Assembly: GCA_964422585.1 (NCBI GenBank)
Contig: CAYRBH010000004.1
Location: 886-64,885, forward strand
Reading direction: 5' to 3'
DNA from: an uncultured Gammaproteobacteria bacterium
Lineage (GTDB): Bacteria > Patescibacteriota > Patescibacteriia > UBA1558 > 2-01-FULL-52-15
Length of the DNA: 64,000 nucleotides
The notes under the pieces are model-generated. The model was not told the DNA's origin and searched no databases. It worked only from the letters and a program-made list of their open reading frames with translations. The translations under genes were made by a program, and so were the position numbers. Shown here one piece after another: positions 1-8,863 of the stretch; position 1 is the stretch's first letter, and the number at the start of each line of letters is the position of its first letter.

Positions 1-2
1 TT

Positions 3-362
3 GCAATGCCCAATCATTTCGATCTGCGCACGCGATGGGATATTCTGCGCGGTAAGGGAATTATCAAGTGGTCGCAGAGAGCGTATGAGAAAAATTCTTG
101 GGAATACGCGCATCTTCGTTTTTGGACTTTGCGGGAGCTGGACCGAATGCTACAGGACTCTGGGTTCTATCCGGAAGTATGGCAATTTAATTTCATGTCC
201 GGAGGAGTATTTCCGACGAAGCTGATTCCAAGATGGAAACGTCGGTGGCTCATTTCTCATTGGCCAGGGCTCTGGTCAGGGAAATTCGTTGTGCGATGCC
301 GATTGCGAACGGCAACAACTCCTGAACGCATTATTATTGACGAAACACCGCAGGACTTTTAA
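3..362 (+). CDS. C-terminal part of a probable class I SAM-dependent methyltransferase (5'-truncated by the window)
   Basis: Frame is open from the window edge. The PN...H-L-R-F-W-T-x-x-E-L-x-x-M-L-x-x-x-G-F pattern is typical of Methyltransf_11/23 C-termini. Confidence 0.5.
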   Translation, partial: AMPNHFDLRTRWDILRGKGIIKWSQRAYEKNSWEYAHLRFWTLRELDRMLQDSGFYPEVWQFNFMSGGVFPTKLIPRWKRRWLISHWPGLWSGKFVVRCRLRTATTPERIIIDETPQDF

Positions 363-373
363 GATAGTCGTCT

Positions 374-1402
374 ATGACCATTCTAGGCATTGAAACATCT
401 TGCGATGAAACATCACTAGCACTCCTGAAGGTAGATGCGAAAGGTTTCAAGTTGGTTGAGCACGTGACAGCATCCCAGATAGCGACACACGCTCAGTATG
501 GCGGTGTTGTACCGGAACTAGCGGCACGGCAGCATTTAGAGGCTTTGCAGCCGATGCTTGCTATGCACATAGGCAGTAAGCAGCTGGCCACAACTGATCT
601 CATCGCGGTTACTGCTGGTCCGGGGCTCATAACCTCGCTCATGGTCGGTGTGCAAGAGGCTAAAACACTCTCGTATGCGACTGGCATTCCTTTGTTGGGT
701 ATTAACCATCTCGAAGCACATATGTACGCGAATTGGCTCACGCATAGAGAGCTTTTCAAACATCCAAAAAAATACCTGCCGGCACTGGTACTTATCGTAT
801 CAGGCGGACATACGCAGCTGATTCTCATGCACGATCATGGTACGTATCGTTTATTGGGTGATACGCTGGATGATGCTGCGGGTGAGTCATTCGATAAGGT
901 CGCGAAGATCCTGGGTTTGGGATATCCCGGCGGACCGATACTTTCAAAACTAGCTGAGCAAGGAAATCCACAAGCAATCGCGTTTCCGCGGCCTATGCGT
1001 TCATCGACAGGCTATGCGATGAGCTTCTCGGGGTTGAAGACCGCGGTACTTTACTATCTCGAGAAGAGAAAAAAGATCTCGAAAAGAGAGCTGCCGGATA
1101 TTGCGGCCTCATTCCAGGCTGCGGTGATAGATTCGCTTATGAGCAAGGTCAATCGAGCTCTGCAGGAGTATCATCCGCGCTCATTGATGCTTGGCGGAGG
1201 TGTCGCGGCGAATACAGCATTGCGGAAGAGTTTTACTGAAGCGGGTCGGACACAACAAATACCGGTGTTCGTCCCTGATCTTGAGTTTACGGGGGATAAT
1301 GCTGCTATGATAGCTATGACCGGATATCACAGAAGGAAACAAGGTTCCGCAACAGCCTGGAAAACACTGCGATTCGACCCGCAGCTCCCTTTCATACTAT
1401 GA
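374..1402 (+). CDS. tsaD: tRNA N6-threonylcarbamoyltransferase
   Basis: ILGIETSCDET, HAQYGGVVPELAAR, HLEAH, VSGGHT, DDAAGESFDKVAK, DNAAMIA motifs. Confidence 0.97.
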   Translation: MTILGIETSCDETSLALLKVDAKGFKLVEHVTASQIATHAQYGGVVPELAARQHLEALQPMLAMHIGSKQLATTDLIAVTAGPGLITSLMVGVQEAKTLSYATGIPLLGINHLEAHMYANWLTHRELFKHPKKYLPALVLIVSGGHTQLILMHDHGTYRLLGDTLDDAAGESFDKVAKILGLGYPGGPILSKLAEQGNPQAIAFPRPMRSSTGYAMSFSGLKTAVLYYLEKRKKISKRELPDIAASFQAAVIDSLMSKVNRALQEYHPRSLMLGGGVAANTALRKSFTEAGRTQQIPVFVPDLEFTGDNAAMIAMTGYHRRKQGSATAWKTLRFDPQLPFIL

Positions 1403-1884
1403 GGAACATACTCTTAACAGATAGCCCTGACCAAACGAAGCGTATCGGGAAAGAGATCGCCCGATCACTCAAACACGGTCGCATCATAGCGCTCGAAGGC
1501 AATCTGGGGGCTGGGAAAACAGTTTTGGCTAAAGGGATCGCTCAGGGCCTCGGGGTCACCCATGTGATACAAAGCCCGACATTCGTCTTGATGAAAGTAT
1601 ATCCGGTGCAGCGCCCTGGGATCTCGCATCTAGTACATGTTGATTGCTATCGGGTTGCTACCAGCCGAGAAGTGAGCGCTATAGGCCTTGAGGATTATCT
1701 ATCTGATGACACTGCGGTTGTTGTCATCGAATGGGCGGATAGGATACGGGACATGCTGCCGAAGCGGAGAATGACTATACGGCTTTCGGCCAGCGGAGAA
1801 CAGGCACGGAAGGTCGTCATTCACGATTCTTATTCCTCAGCCAAAGATAGTACGCGATATAGAGCCCGAGGCTCCCGAAAGTAA
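1399..1884 (+). CDS. tsaE: tRNA threonylcarbamoyladenosine biosynthesis ATPase
   Basis: LEGNLGAGKT, SPTF, HVDCYR, IEWAD motifs; ATGA overlap with tsaD. Confidence 0.95.
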   Translation: MRNILLTDSPDQTKRIGKEIARSLKHGRIIALEGNLGAGKTVLAKGIAQGLGVTHVIQSPTFVLMKVYPVQRPGISHLVHVDCYRVATSREVSAIGLEDYLSDDTAVVVIEWADRIRDMLPKRRMTIRLSASGEQARKVVIHDSYSSAKDSTRYRARGSRK

Positions 1885-2191
1885 GGTCGCCCAAGATATT
1901 TGCGGTGCTTTCGATCTCGAAGAACCCTCGCGGCAGGACTGATGCCAGCAGATCAGCCAGCTGGTATTGATGCTTATCTATGAAACGTAAGAACACCTCG
2001 AAGTACTCCCAGCCCATAAGGATGCAGAATCCTATGTATTTGAAGGTTTGATTTGACAGGGGGCGCTTCAGGTAGCGGTACAGATAGATCATCAGGCCTC
2101 CCAGTATAAAACCAGTGACAAAATGTATGCCTGACCATTGCCCGTCAAAGAAGCTTTGGTTGTTCACTCCGTAGAGTAGGGACATGTCCAT
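1817..2191 (-). CDS. small membrane protein
   Basis: Three hydrophobic helices (W-S-G-I-H-F, WEYFE, N-x-x-G-D); TACACT -10 box 6 nt before the ATG. Confidence 0.7.
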   Translation of the reverse strand: MDMSLLYGVNNQSFFDGQWSGIHFVTGFILGGLMIYLYRYLKRPLSNQTFKYIGFCILMGWEYFEVFLRFIDKHQYQLADLLASVLPRGFFEIESTANILGDLTFGSLGLYIAYYLWLRNKNRE

Positions 2192-2251
2192 AATAGTAGT
2201 GTAGCGAATAGGTGTATTTTCGCAACCTTGAAAAAAGAGCGCTAGTCTGGT

Positions 2252-2280
2252 TTGCTTTCATTGGCTTCACATGCTAGAGT
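2252..2280 (+). promoter_or_regulatory. sigma70 promoter upstream of the T-box leader
   Basis: TTGCTT-17 nt-TAGAGT with a TG extended -10. Confidence 0.6.
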
Positions 2281-2299
2281 AGGGACAGCTCCTTGGGGA

Positions 2300-2480
2300 T
2301 ATATTGAGTGCAAGTACTAGGACTTATGTCACCTAGGAAAGGCATCGCGGGAAGAAACGTTTGCGCAGCAAACAGGTAGACCCCGCCGTTCGTGCGCGTA
2401 AAGCACGTGAATGAAGTATAATGCGAAGGTGGTACCACCCGCGACAGCGGGTCCTTAACGCGAAGTGACGCGTTTTTTTA
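2300..2480 (+). ncRNA. T-box riboswitch, probably Val-specific, with a short Stem I
   Basis: Perfect antiterminator AAGG-[TGGTACC]-ACCCGC-GACA-GCGGGT-CCTT at 2426-2456. Terminator-like AACGCG-AAGTGA-CGCGTT-T5 at 2457-2479. AGTA/GAA-flanked hairpin at 2313-2339. CCGTT F-box-like motif near 2386. valS is the second gene downstream. Confidence 0.8.
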
Positions 2481-2494
2481 TTTATCGAGATCCT

Positions 2495-3418
2495 ATGCTC
2501 GTTTTCGTAACACTCTATCTATTCGCTCTACTGATGGCAGACGTGCTGCTTATGCTATTAGCGCGGCTGTTCTGGGTTTTTGATATCTTTATTAATTTTG
2601 TGCCTCAGTTTTTAATCTTGGGCGTCATATCTCTGGTGTTGCTACTGACGCAAGGGTATACGCTGCAGGCTGGCATCATGTGTTGCGCGCTGCTGTATTT
2701 CGCCCGGCCAGTATGGCGGCTCTGGAAGCCTCATGCGCCGAGAGTGCATACAGCCAAGTCGTCATTGACGATTCTGCAGGCGAATGTGAATCAATTCAAT
2801 ACCGGGTATGCCTCTCTCGGTAAGCAGATCCGTGAGACGGACCCAACGATGATCTTTTTGAATGAGGTGCGTGAGGGATGGCTCACGAGGATTAAGCAAG
2901 AATTCGGCGATAGATATGGCGGCAGTATCGAAGTGCCGGCGGATAACTATCGAGGGATGGGATTTTTTTCGAAACTACCCATCGCATCGTATGAGATAAT
3001 CCGTTTATCGCAGGCCAACTCACCATTGCTGCGCATACAGATGAAAGATATGCCGTTGACCGTGTATGCGACCCATCCGGTGCCGCCGATGACACCAGGC
3101 TGGGCTTCGCAGCGTAAGGCATTCTTTCGCTACCTTATCTCAGATATGCATAAGGTCGCTGGCGATATACTCATGGTTGGAGACTTGAACACCACCATCT
3201 TCAGCCCGCTGTTAGTCTCATTTCTCAAGTCTACAGGCCTTACACTTGACCGTGAAGGTTTTGGTTTGCGAACTACCTGGCTGCGTGGTACCCCGCTGGC
3301 TATGCCGCTGGACCATATACTGTATCGGGGGGCTCTGCAGATGCGGGACTTTCGAGTGTTAGGACCTATCGGGAGCGATCATAGGCCAGTACTCGCCACT
3401 TTTAACTATGCAAGGTAA
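2495..3418 (+). CDS. membrane-anchored endonuclease/exonuclease/phosphatase (EEP) family protein
   Basis: N-terminal TM helices; QANV, LNE, H-P-x-P-P, GDLN, LDHIL, SDHRPV motifs. ATG 2495 preferred over GTG 2465, which lies in the terminator hairpin. Confidence 0.88.
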   Translation: MLVFVTLYLFALLMADVLLMLLARLFWVFDIFINFVPQFLILGVISLVLLLTQGYTLQAGIMCCALLYFARPVWRLWKPHAPRVHTAKSSLTILQANVNQFNTGYASLGKQIRETDPTMIFLNEVREGWLTRIKQEFGDRYGGSIEVPADNYRGMGFFSKLPIASYEIIRLSQANSPLLRIQMKDMPLTVYATHPVPPMTPGWASQRKAFFRYLISDMHKVAGDILMVGDLNTTIFSPLLVSFLKSTGLTLDREGFGLRTTWLRGTPLAMPLDHILYRGALQMRDFRVLGPIGSDHRPVLATFNYAR

Positions 3419-3427
3419 AATATTAGT

Positions 3428-5971
3428 ATGAATAAAGACATGAAAAACACTTCGTCAAACGAGGCTTTGCCTAAGGCATATACCGCGAAGGAGCATGAGG
3501 ACCTGATCTATCAAGAGTGGTTTGATGCTGGCTTTTTTAACCCCGATAATCTTCCTCAGAAAACAGGTAAGCCCTATAGCATCATGATGCCACCACCGAA
3601 CGTGACTGGCATCCTGCACCTTGGTCACGCTCTTGAGCAGACCTTATTGGACGCGAAGATCCGTTTCGAGCGTATGCGCGGGCGGCGCGCGCTACTTATT
3701 CCTGGGGTTGACCATGCGGCAGTAGCTACCCAGGCCAGAGTAGAGAAAGATCTGATTGAGAAAGGACATACGCGTCCGCGTGAGGAATTTGGTAGAGAGA
3801 AACTGCTGCAGATCATTCGTGAGTATGCCGGCCAGTCGAAAGAAACTATCATCGCGCAGATCAAGAAGATGGGAACGAGTTGCGACTGGGATCGCTTCGC
3901 GTATACGTTCGATGAGCAACGCTCGAGGGCAGTGTATACTGCGTTCAAGTCCATGTATGACGATGGGCTTATCTATCGGGGGTATCGGGTGGTGAACTGG
4001 TCAGTCGTTGGTCAATCGACAGCTTCAGACGATGAATTAGAATATATTGAGCGTGAAGCACAGCTGTATACTTTTAAGTATAGTAAGGATTTTCCGATTC
4101 CGGTGGCCACGACCCGGCCCGAGAGTAAAGTAGGCGACACCGCAGTTGCCGTGAACCCGAAGGACAAACGGTACGCGCAATATATTGGAAAGACATTTAC
4201 CGCGGACATAGGCGCAGCGCAACCACTTTCAATTAAAATTATAGCGGATCCGGCTGTTGATCCGGATTTTGGTACGGGAGCAGTGGGTGTGACGCCCGCG
4301 CATAGCATGATTGATTTTGAAATGAAGGAGCGGCATGGACTTGATTTGATCCAGGTTATTGGCACTGATGGCATGATGACTGAGGCAGCAGGTACCTATG
4401 CTGGTCTCTCAGTAGAGAAAGCGAGACAGAAATTCGTTGCATGGCTTAAGAAAGAAAAACTTCTCATTTCTGAAGAAACAATCAAGCAGAATGTCGCAAC
4501 ACATGAGCGCTTCAATGATGTGATTGAGGTGGTGCCGATGTTGCAATGGTTTGTTGGTGTCAATAAACCGAGTAAGAAACTCAAAGGCAAAACATTGAAA
4601 GATCTCATGCGCGCAGCGGGTGAGAAGATTGAGATCAAGCCAGAACGATACAAAACGGTCTATTACCAATGGATCGATAATTTGTGGGATTGGTGTATCT
4701 CGCGGCAGATCTGGTGGGGGCATCGCATACCCGTGTGGTATAAGGACGCTGAAGTCCGCGTCAGCATTGAGAGCCCTGGAGCAGGATGGGTTCAAGATCC
4801 TGACACCCTTGATACCTGGTTCTCATCAGGCACCTGGACTTTCTCGACGCTTGGCTGGCCTGAGAAAACGAAAGATTTGAAGACATTTCACCCAAGCGTA
4901 TGGATGCAGATGGGTTATGAGATCGTGTTCTTCTGGATGGCGCGGATGATACTGATGAGCGAGTATATGCTGCAGGATATTCCGTTCAAGGAGGTCTATA
5001 TTCACGGACTCGTACGTGACAAAGATGGTCGTAAATTTTCCAAGTCATTGCGTAATACCCTGGACCCCCTAGAAATGATAGCGAAATATGGTACTGACGC
5101 GCTGCGTATGAGTCTGGTGTCTGGTGTGACGCCGGGGAATGACCTTACTTTCTCTGAGGAAAAGGTTGAGCATTATCAGCATTTCGTGAACAAGCTTTGG
5201 AATATCTCGCGGTATGTACTAAGCTCGGTCGACACAGTCAGTGTTCCGGCCAAAACTCCTAAGCCAGAGACTCAGACCGATCAGTGGATCTTCAAGAAGT
5301 TACACTCGCTCATCTCTGACATGACGAAGCTACTCGAGCAATCTGATTTTTCACTTGCCGCAGCAGCGCTGTATGAATTCACCTGGAATGATTTTGCCGA
5401 CTGGTATATTGAAGTAGCAAAGGTTGAGGCTAAGCGTTCAGAGCAAGCGAAGCAACAGAAAGATCAGATGCTTCTGTTCATTCTCGATGCTCTGTTGCGC
5501 CTTGCGCATCCATTCATGCCATTCGTAACTGAAGTTCTCTGGAAGCAACTTTCTCCGAAGGACTTGCTTATGGTCTCAGATTGGCCAACGATAAGTTTCG
5601 ACAGAGCGGCTGAAGCGGATGAGGTATTCTCCCAGGTGCAGGAAGTGATCACCAGTATTCGAGAGAATAAATCTGTGAACAAGATACCGCCTGCGACTAT
5701 GGTGAAGGTCAGTATGCCGTTACCCTATCCTCAGTATCGGGATGTGATAGAGAAATTAGCCCGCTGTACGATAGAAATCTCGAAAGACCCGACGATCATG
5801 GTGGCATCAGTCAGCACCTTGACCGAAGCCAAACGTGAAGAATTGAAAGCCTACATTGATTCTCTGGAGAAGAAGCTCGCTACAGCAGCGTTCACGAAGA
5901 ACGCCCCTGCTGCGGTTGTAGCTCAGGAGCGGAAGAAGTTGGCTGATGCGCAAGCGAAGCTGACCGAATAA
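3428..5971 (+). CDS. valS: valine--tRNA ligase
   Basis: PPPNVTGILHLGHA (HIGH), DWCISRQIWWGHRIP, DTWFSS, KFSKS (KMSKS), C-terminal coiled coil. Confidence 0.97.
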   Translation: MNKDMKNTSSNEALPKAYTAKEHEDLIYQEWFDAGFFNPDNLPQKTGKPYSIMMPPPNVTGILHLGHALEQTLLDAKIRFERMRGRRALLIPGVDHAAVATQARVEKDLIEKGHTRPREEFGREKLLQIIREYAGQSKETIIAQIKKMGTSCDWDRFAYTFDEQRSRAVYTAFKSMYDDGLIYRGYRVVNWSVVGQSTASDDELEYIEREAQLYTFKYSKDFPIPVATTRPESKVGDTAVAVNPKDKRYAQYIGKTFTADIGAAQPLSIKIIADPAVDPDFGTGAVGVTPAHSMIDFEMKERHGLDLIQVIGTDGMMTEAAGTYAGLSVEKARQKFVAWLKKEKLLISEETIKQNVATHERFNDVIEVVPMLQWFVGVNKPSKKLKGKTLKDLMRAAGEKIEIKPERYKTVYYQWIDNLWDWCISRQIWWGHRIPVWYKDAEVRVSIESPGAGWVQDPDTLDTWFSSGTWTFSTLGWPEKTKDLKTFHPSVWMQMGYEIVFFWMARMILMSEYMLQDIPFKEVYIHGLVRDKDGRKFSKSLRNTLDPLEMIAKYGTDALRMSLVSGVTPGNDLTFSEEKVEHYQHFVNKLWNISRYVLSSVDTVSVPAKTPKPETQTDQWIFKKLHSLISDMTKLLEQSDFSLAAAALYEFTWNDFADWYIEVAKVEAKRSEQAKQQKDQMLLFILDALLRLAHPFMPFVTEVLWKQLSPKDLLMVSDWPTISFDRAAEADEVFSQVQEVITSIRENKSVNKIPPATMVKVSMPLPYPQYRDVIEKLARCTIEISKDPTIMVASVSTLTEAKREELKAYIDSLEKKLATAAFTKNAPAAVVAQERKKLADAQAKLTE

Positions 5972-7705
5972 CTATTCGGCTTGTCTGAAGATCTCTGATA
6001 CTGAAGTGATACCGGCTAAGGCTTTGAGAAGCCCGTCTTGCAGCATGGTGACCATGCCATGGCTTTGAGCCGTTTCTTGAATCTCATACTCTGATACAGT
6101 TCCGCTGAGAATAATCTTTTCCAGGTCTTTATTCATCGTAAGTATCTCATAAATACCGATGCGGCCGCGATAACCGAGATCATTGCATTGTTCGCAGCCT
6201 TTCGCCGCGAAGAACTCGAAGCGTTCGGGGTAGTTCAGATCGACTGCTACGCCGAGGTCCTTGCGAGTAGCGATTGGCTTTAAGGCTTCCATGATGCGCG
6301 ACATCGTAGGTTCATCGGGCTGCTCCTGGTATTTGCAGTGTTTACAGAGCCGGCGTACTAAACGCTGCCCGATGATGGCATTGATAGCGGGCGCTAGTAG
6401 AAAATTCTTCGATCCCATAGCGAGGAAGCGGGGAATAGCGCCAGCTGCGCTATTAGTATGGAGCGTCGAAAGCATCAGGTGCCCAGTCAGAGCCGCATTG
6501 ATGGCGGTATCCGCTGTTTCGAGGTCTCGAATTTCGCCGACCATGATGATATCCGGATCCTGGCGCAGGAGCGAGCGCAAACCTTTGGCAAAGTCCATGC
6601 CGGCCGCGGCATTGATTTGCGTTTGGTTGATGCTCTTGATCTTATACTCGATCGGGTCTTCCAGGGTCAGTATCTTGGTCTCCGGGTCATTCAGGTGGTG
6701 CAGAATGGCATAGAGCGTGGTGGTTTTACCGGAGCCGGTCGGTCCAGTCGCTATGATCATCCCATTCGGTTTTGAAATCTCTTTATTGAGCGAGGTAAGC
6801 GTATAGCCGGTTAAACCGAGGCTATCGAACTGCAATGCCTCAACTGAGAACCTGAGTAAACGCATGACGACGCTCTCGCCATAGGAGGTGGGAACGGTCG
6901 AGACGCGGACTTCGACTTTGTCATTGGATAAGAAAATAGTGAAACGACCATCTTGAGGTTTATTGGCGATATTGAGTTTCAATCCTGCCAGCAATTTCAC
7001 GCGCGATATGACTTTGCCCCAAGCATCAGTTGGGAGAATGCCGATGTCATGGAGCACACCGTCGATACGCATGCGGATCTTGATGTCCTCAGCTTCAGCT
7101 TCGATATGTATATCTGAAGCCCCGGACTTGAGCGCTGAACCTATGATGAGCGTGAGTACCTCGGTGATGGGGGCATGGGCGATAGCCTCGCTTAACTTCT
7201 TGATGGTGCTGACCTTTTCCTGCTGAGCTTTCAGCGATTCTTCGCTTAAATCAATCCCTTCATCATGGCCGGCGAGAGCTTTTGGGATAGCGTCATACTT
7301 TTTGAAAGCAAGTCGCAGGCTTTCTTGTGAGATTTTGTAAATAGCTGCGCTCACGCGGTTTTTCTCCTCCAGCTCTTTTGCCTTGGCGAGGACCTTGGGA
7401 TTCGCTGGGTTTATCGTACCAAGTCGGACCTGATCATTATCCAAAAAGAAACAGACAACGCTTTCTTGATCACAGAAGGCGCGATCGAGCAGCAAGAGCG
7501 CATCCTGAGGTATAGGAAAAGTCTGCAAATTAATGTATGAGTAGCCCTGTGTGTGAGCTTCCTGGGCGACCAGAGCCTCTTTTTGTTTCTCGCGTATCTC
7601 AGCAATGGTGGAGGCAAGCGCCTCGTTCTTGCTGTCGCTCAAGTGTATATGCTTGGTCTCTTCAGATGGTTTTTTTGATCCGCGGTTCAGCTGCGAGCTA
7701 ATCAT
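5972..7705 (-). CDS. pilB: type IV pilus/T2SS assembly ATPase (PilB/GspE)
   Basis: ASDIHIE, RIDG, PQDGRF, GPTGSGKTTT, LRQDPDIIMVGEIRD, TGHLMLSTLHTN, CxxC...GCxxC. Confidence 0.92.
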   Translation of the reverse strand: MISSQLNRGSKKPSEETKHIHLSDSKNEALASTIAEIREKQKEALVAQEAHTQGYSYINLQTFPIPQDALLLLDRAFCDQESVVCFFLDNDQVRLGTINPANPKVLAKAKELEEKNRVSAAIYKISQESLRLAFKKYDAIPKALAGHDEGIDLSEESLKAQQEKVSTIKKLSEAIAHAPITEVLTLIIGSALKSGASDIHIEAEAEDIKIRMRIDGVLHDIGILPTDAWGKVISRVKLLAGLKLNIANKPQDGRFTIFLSNDKVEVRVSTVPTSYGESVVMRLLRFSVEALQFDSLGLTGYTLTSLNKEISKPNGMIIATGPTGSGKTTTLYAILHHLNDPETKILTLEDPIEYKIKSINQTQINAAAGMDFAKGLRSLLRQDPDIIMVGEIRDLETADTAINAALTGHLMLSTLHTNSAAGAIPRFLAMGSKNFLLAPAINAIIGQRLVRRLCKHCKYQEQPDEPTMSRIMEALKPIATRKDLGVAVDLNYPERFEFFAAKGCEQCNDLGYRGRIGIYEILTMNKDLEKIILSGTVSEYEIQETAQSHGMVTMLQDGLLKALAGITSVSEIFRQAE

Positions 7706-7759
7706 AGATGACGGTCCTTTGGGTTAAGGATGTAGAGACGAAAGACGCGAGCGATCAGG

Positions 7760-8782
7760 TTAGATGATATGACGATGCAGGACAGGAATGTGACGGACGA
7801 GTCGGTGTATCTTGCTGTGATGTTCTCCGGTGGTGATCTTACGGAACACGCCGACCCAGATGGACATTTGTACGGTGGTGAATAGACTCACGAAGAGCGC
7901 GACAATGAGCAGTAGGAGTACTACCACGGTCAGAACGAAGATCTGTAGCGCTGCAGTGGAGAGGGCTATGAAGGTGCCGAACATCGTGAAGAAGAAGGCG
8001 AGTATCGGCAGCAGCACGAGCGACATGACCAGGAAGGCGATGAAGAGGGTCGCCATGATGACTAGTGATGTTTCGATACTGATGACCCAGTTGGTCCAGA
8101 AGAGCAGCCAGGCATTCTTGAAAGATTCTTTGATCGACATATTGTAGATCATCAGATACATGAGCGCATAGCGCACAACCAGATCGAAGATGATGACCAG
8201 GGGTATGAAGATGAAGTAGCTGATCAAGGCATAGAGCAGATCGCCGCCAGGGCCGCTGACGAGTGCTAGGTAGATGAGCGGCATGATGATAAACGCCATC
8301 ACCATCAGGTAGAGCAGGCGATAGACCAGGTTAATGCCGAACAGTTGCCAGAAGGCATCAAGTCCTTGGCGGAAACTTACTAGATAGGTAGCCTTTTTTT
8401 TCGTCTGTAATTGATGTAGGGCGTGGATGAGGGCACCTTCAGAACTGGTGACCAGTATAGCGAGAGCGATAACGACCAGAAGCAGGAAGAAGAAAAAGCC
8501 CAACATGGGCATGTCTCCGAGCGACAAGCTTCCCCAGGGGATCTGATCGAAAGATTGACTCCAGCCGATGAAGATCGAGGTGATGAAGTCAACTTGGCCG
8601 TAGAGGGTCGTGACGGAAAAGGTGGCTGGCGTATTGGTTACGTCAAACAGAACCTGAAATGTTCCAAAGACGCCAACAAAAGAAGTGAACAGCGCGAGCG
8701 GCCAGAGGAACAGATGCTTTCGGCTCAAGTCCCATGATTCAGCGAGAATGTGCCGATAAAACGTACCCATTGATTTTGCCAT
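7760..8782 (-). CDS. polytopic membrane protein
   Basis: About 6-7 hydrophobic segments; co-oriented between ftsH and pilB. Confidence 0.75.
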   Translation of the reverse strand: MAKSMGTFYRHILAESWDLSRKHLFLWPLALFTSFVGVFGTFQVLFDVTNTPATFSVTTLYGQVDFITSIFIGWSQSFDQIPWGSLSLGDMPMLGFFFFLLLVVIALAILVTSSEGALIHALHQLQTKKKATYLVSFRQGLDAFWQLFGINLVYRLLYLMVMAFIIMPLIYLALVSGPGGDLLYALISYFIFIPLVIIFDLVVRYALMYLMIYNMSIKESFKNAWLLFWTNWVISIETSLVIMATLFIAFLVMSLVLLPILAFFFTMFGTFIALSTAALQIFVLTVVVLLLLIVALFVSLFTTVQMSIWVGVFRKITTGEHHSKIHRLVRHIPVLHRHII

Positions 8783-8863
8783 ATTTTTGTTTTCTTTACA
8801 TAACTATACGCGGAGTGTTTCCGCGTATAGTATACTATAAATCGTCGATACTGTCTAAAGACA

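Noticed and set aside
1817-1884. 68-bp convergent overlap of tsaE and a membrane gene as a regulatory feature
   Set aside because: Most simply a non-conserved TsaE tail running on in a compact genome.
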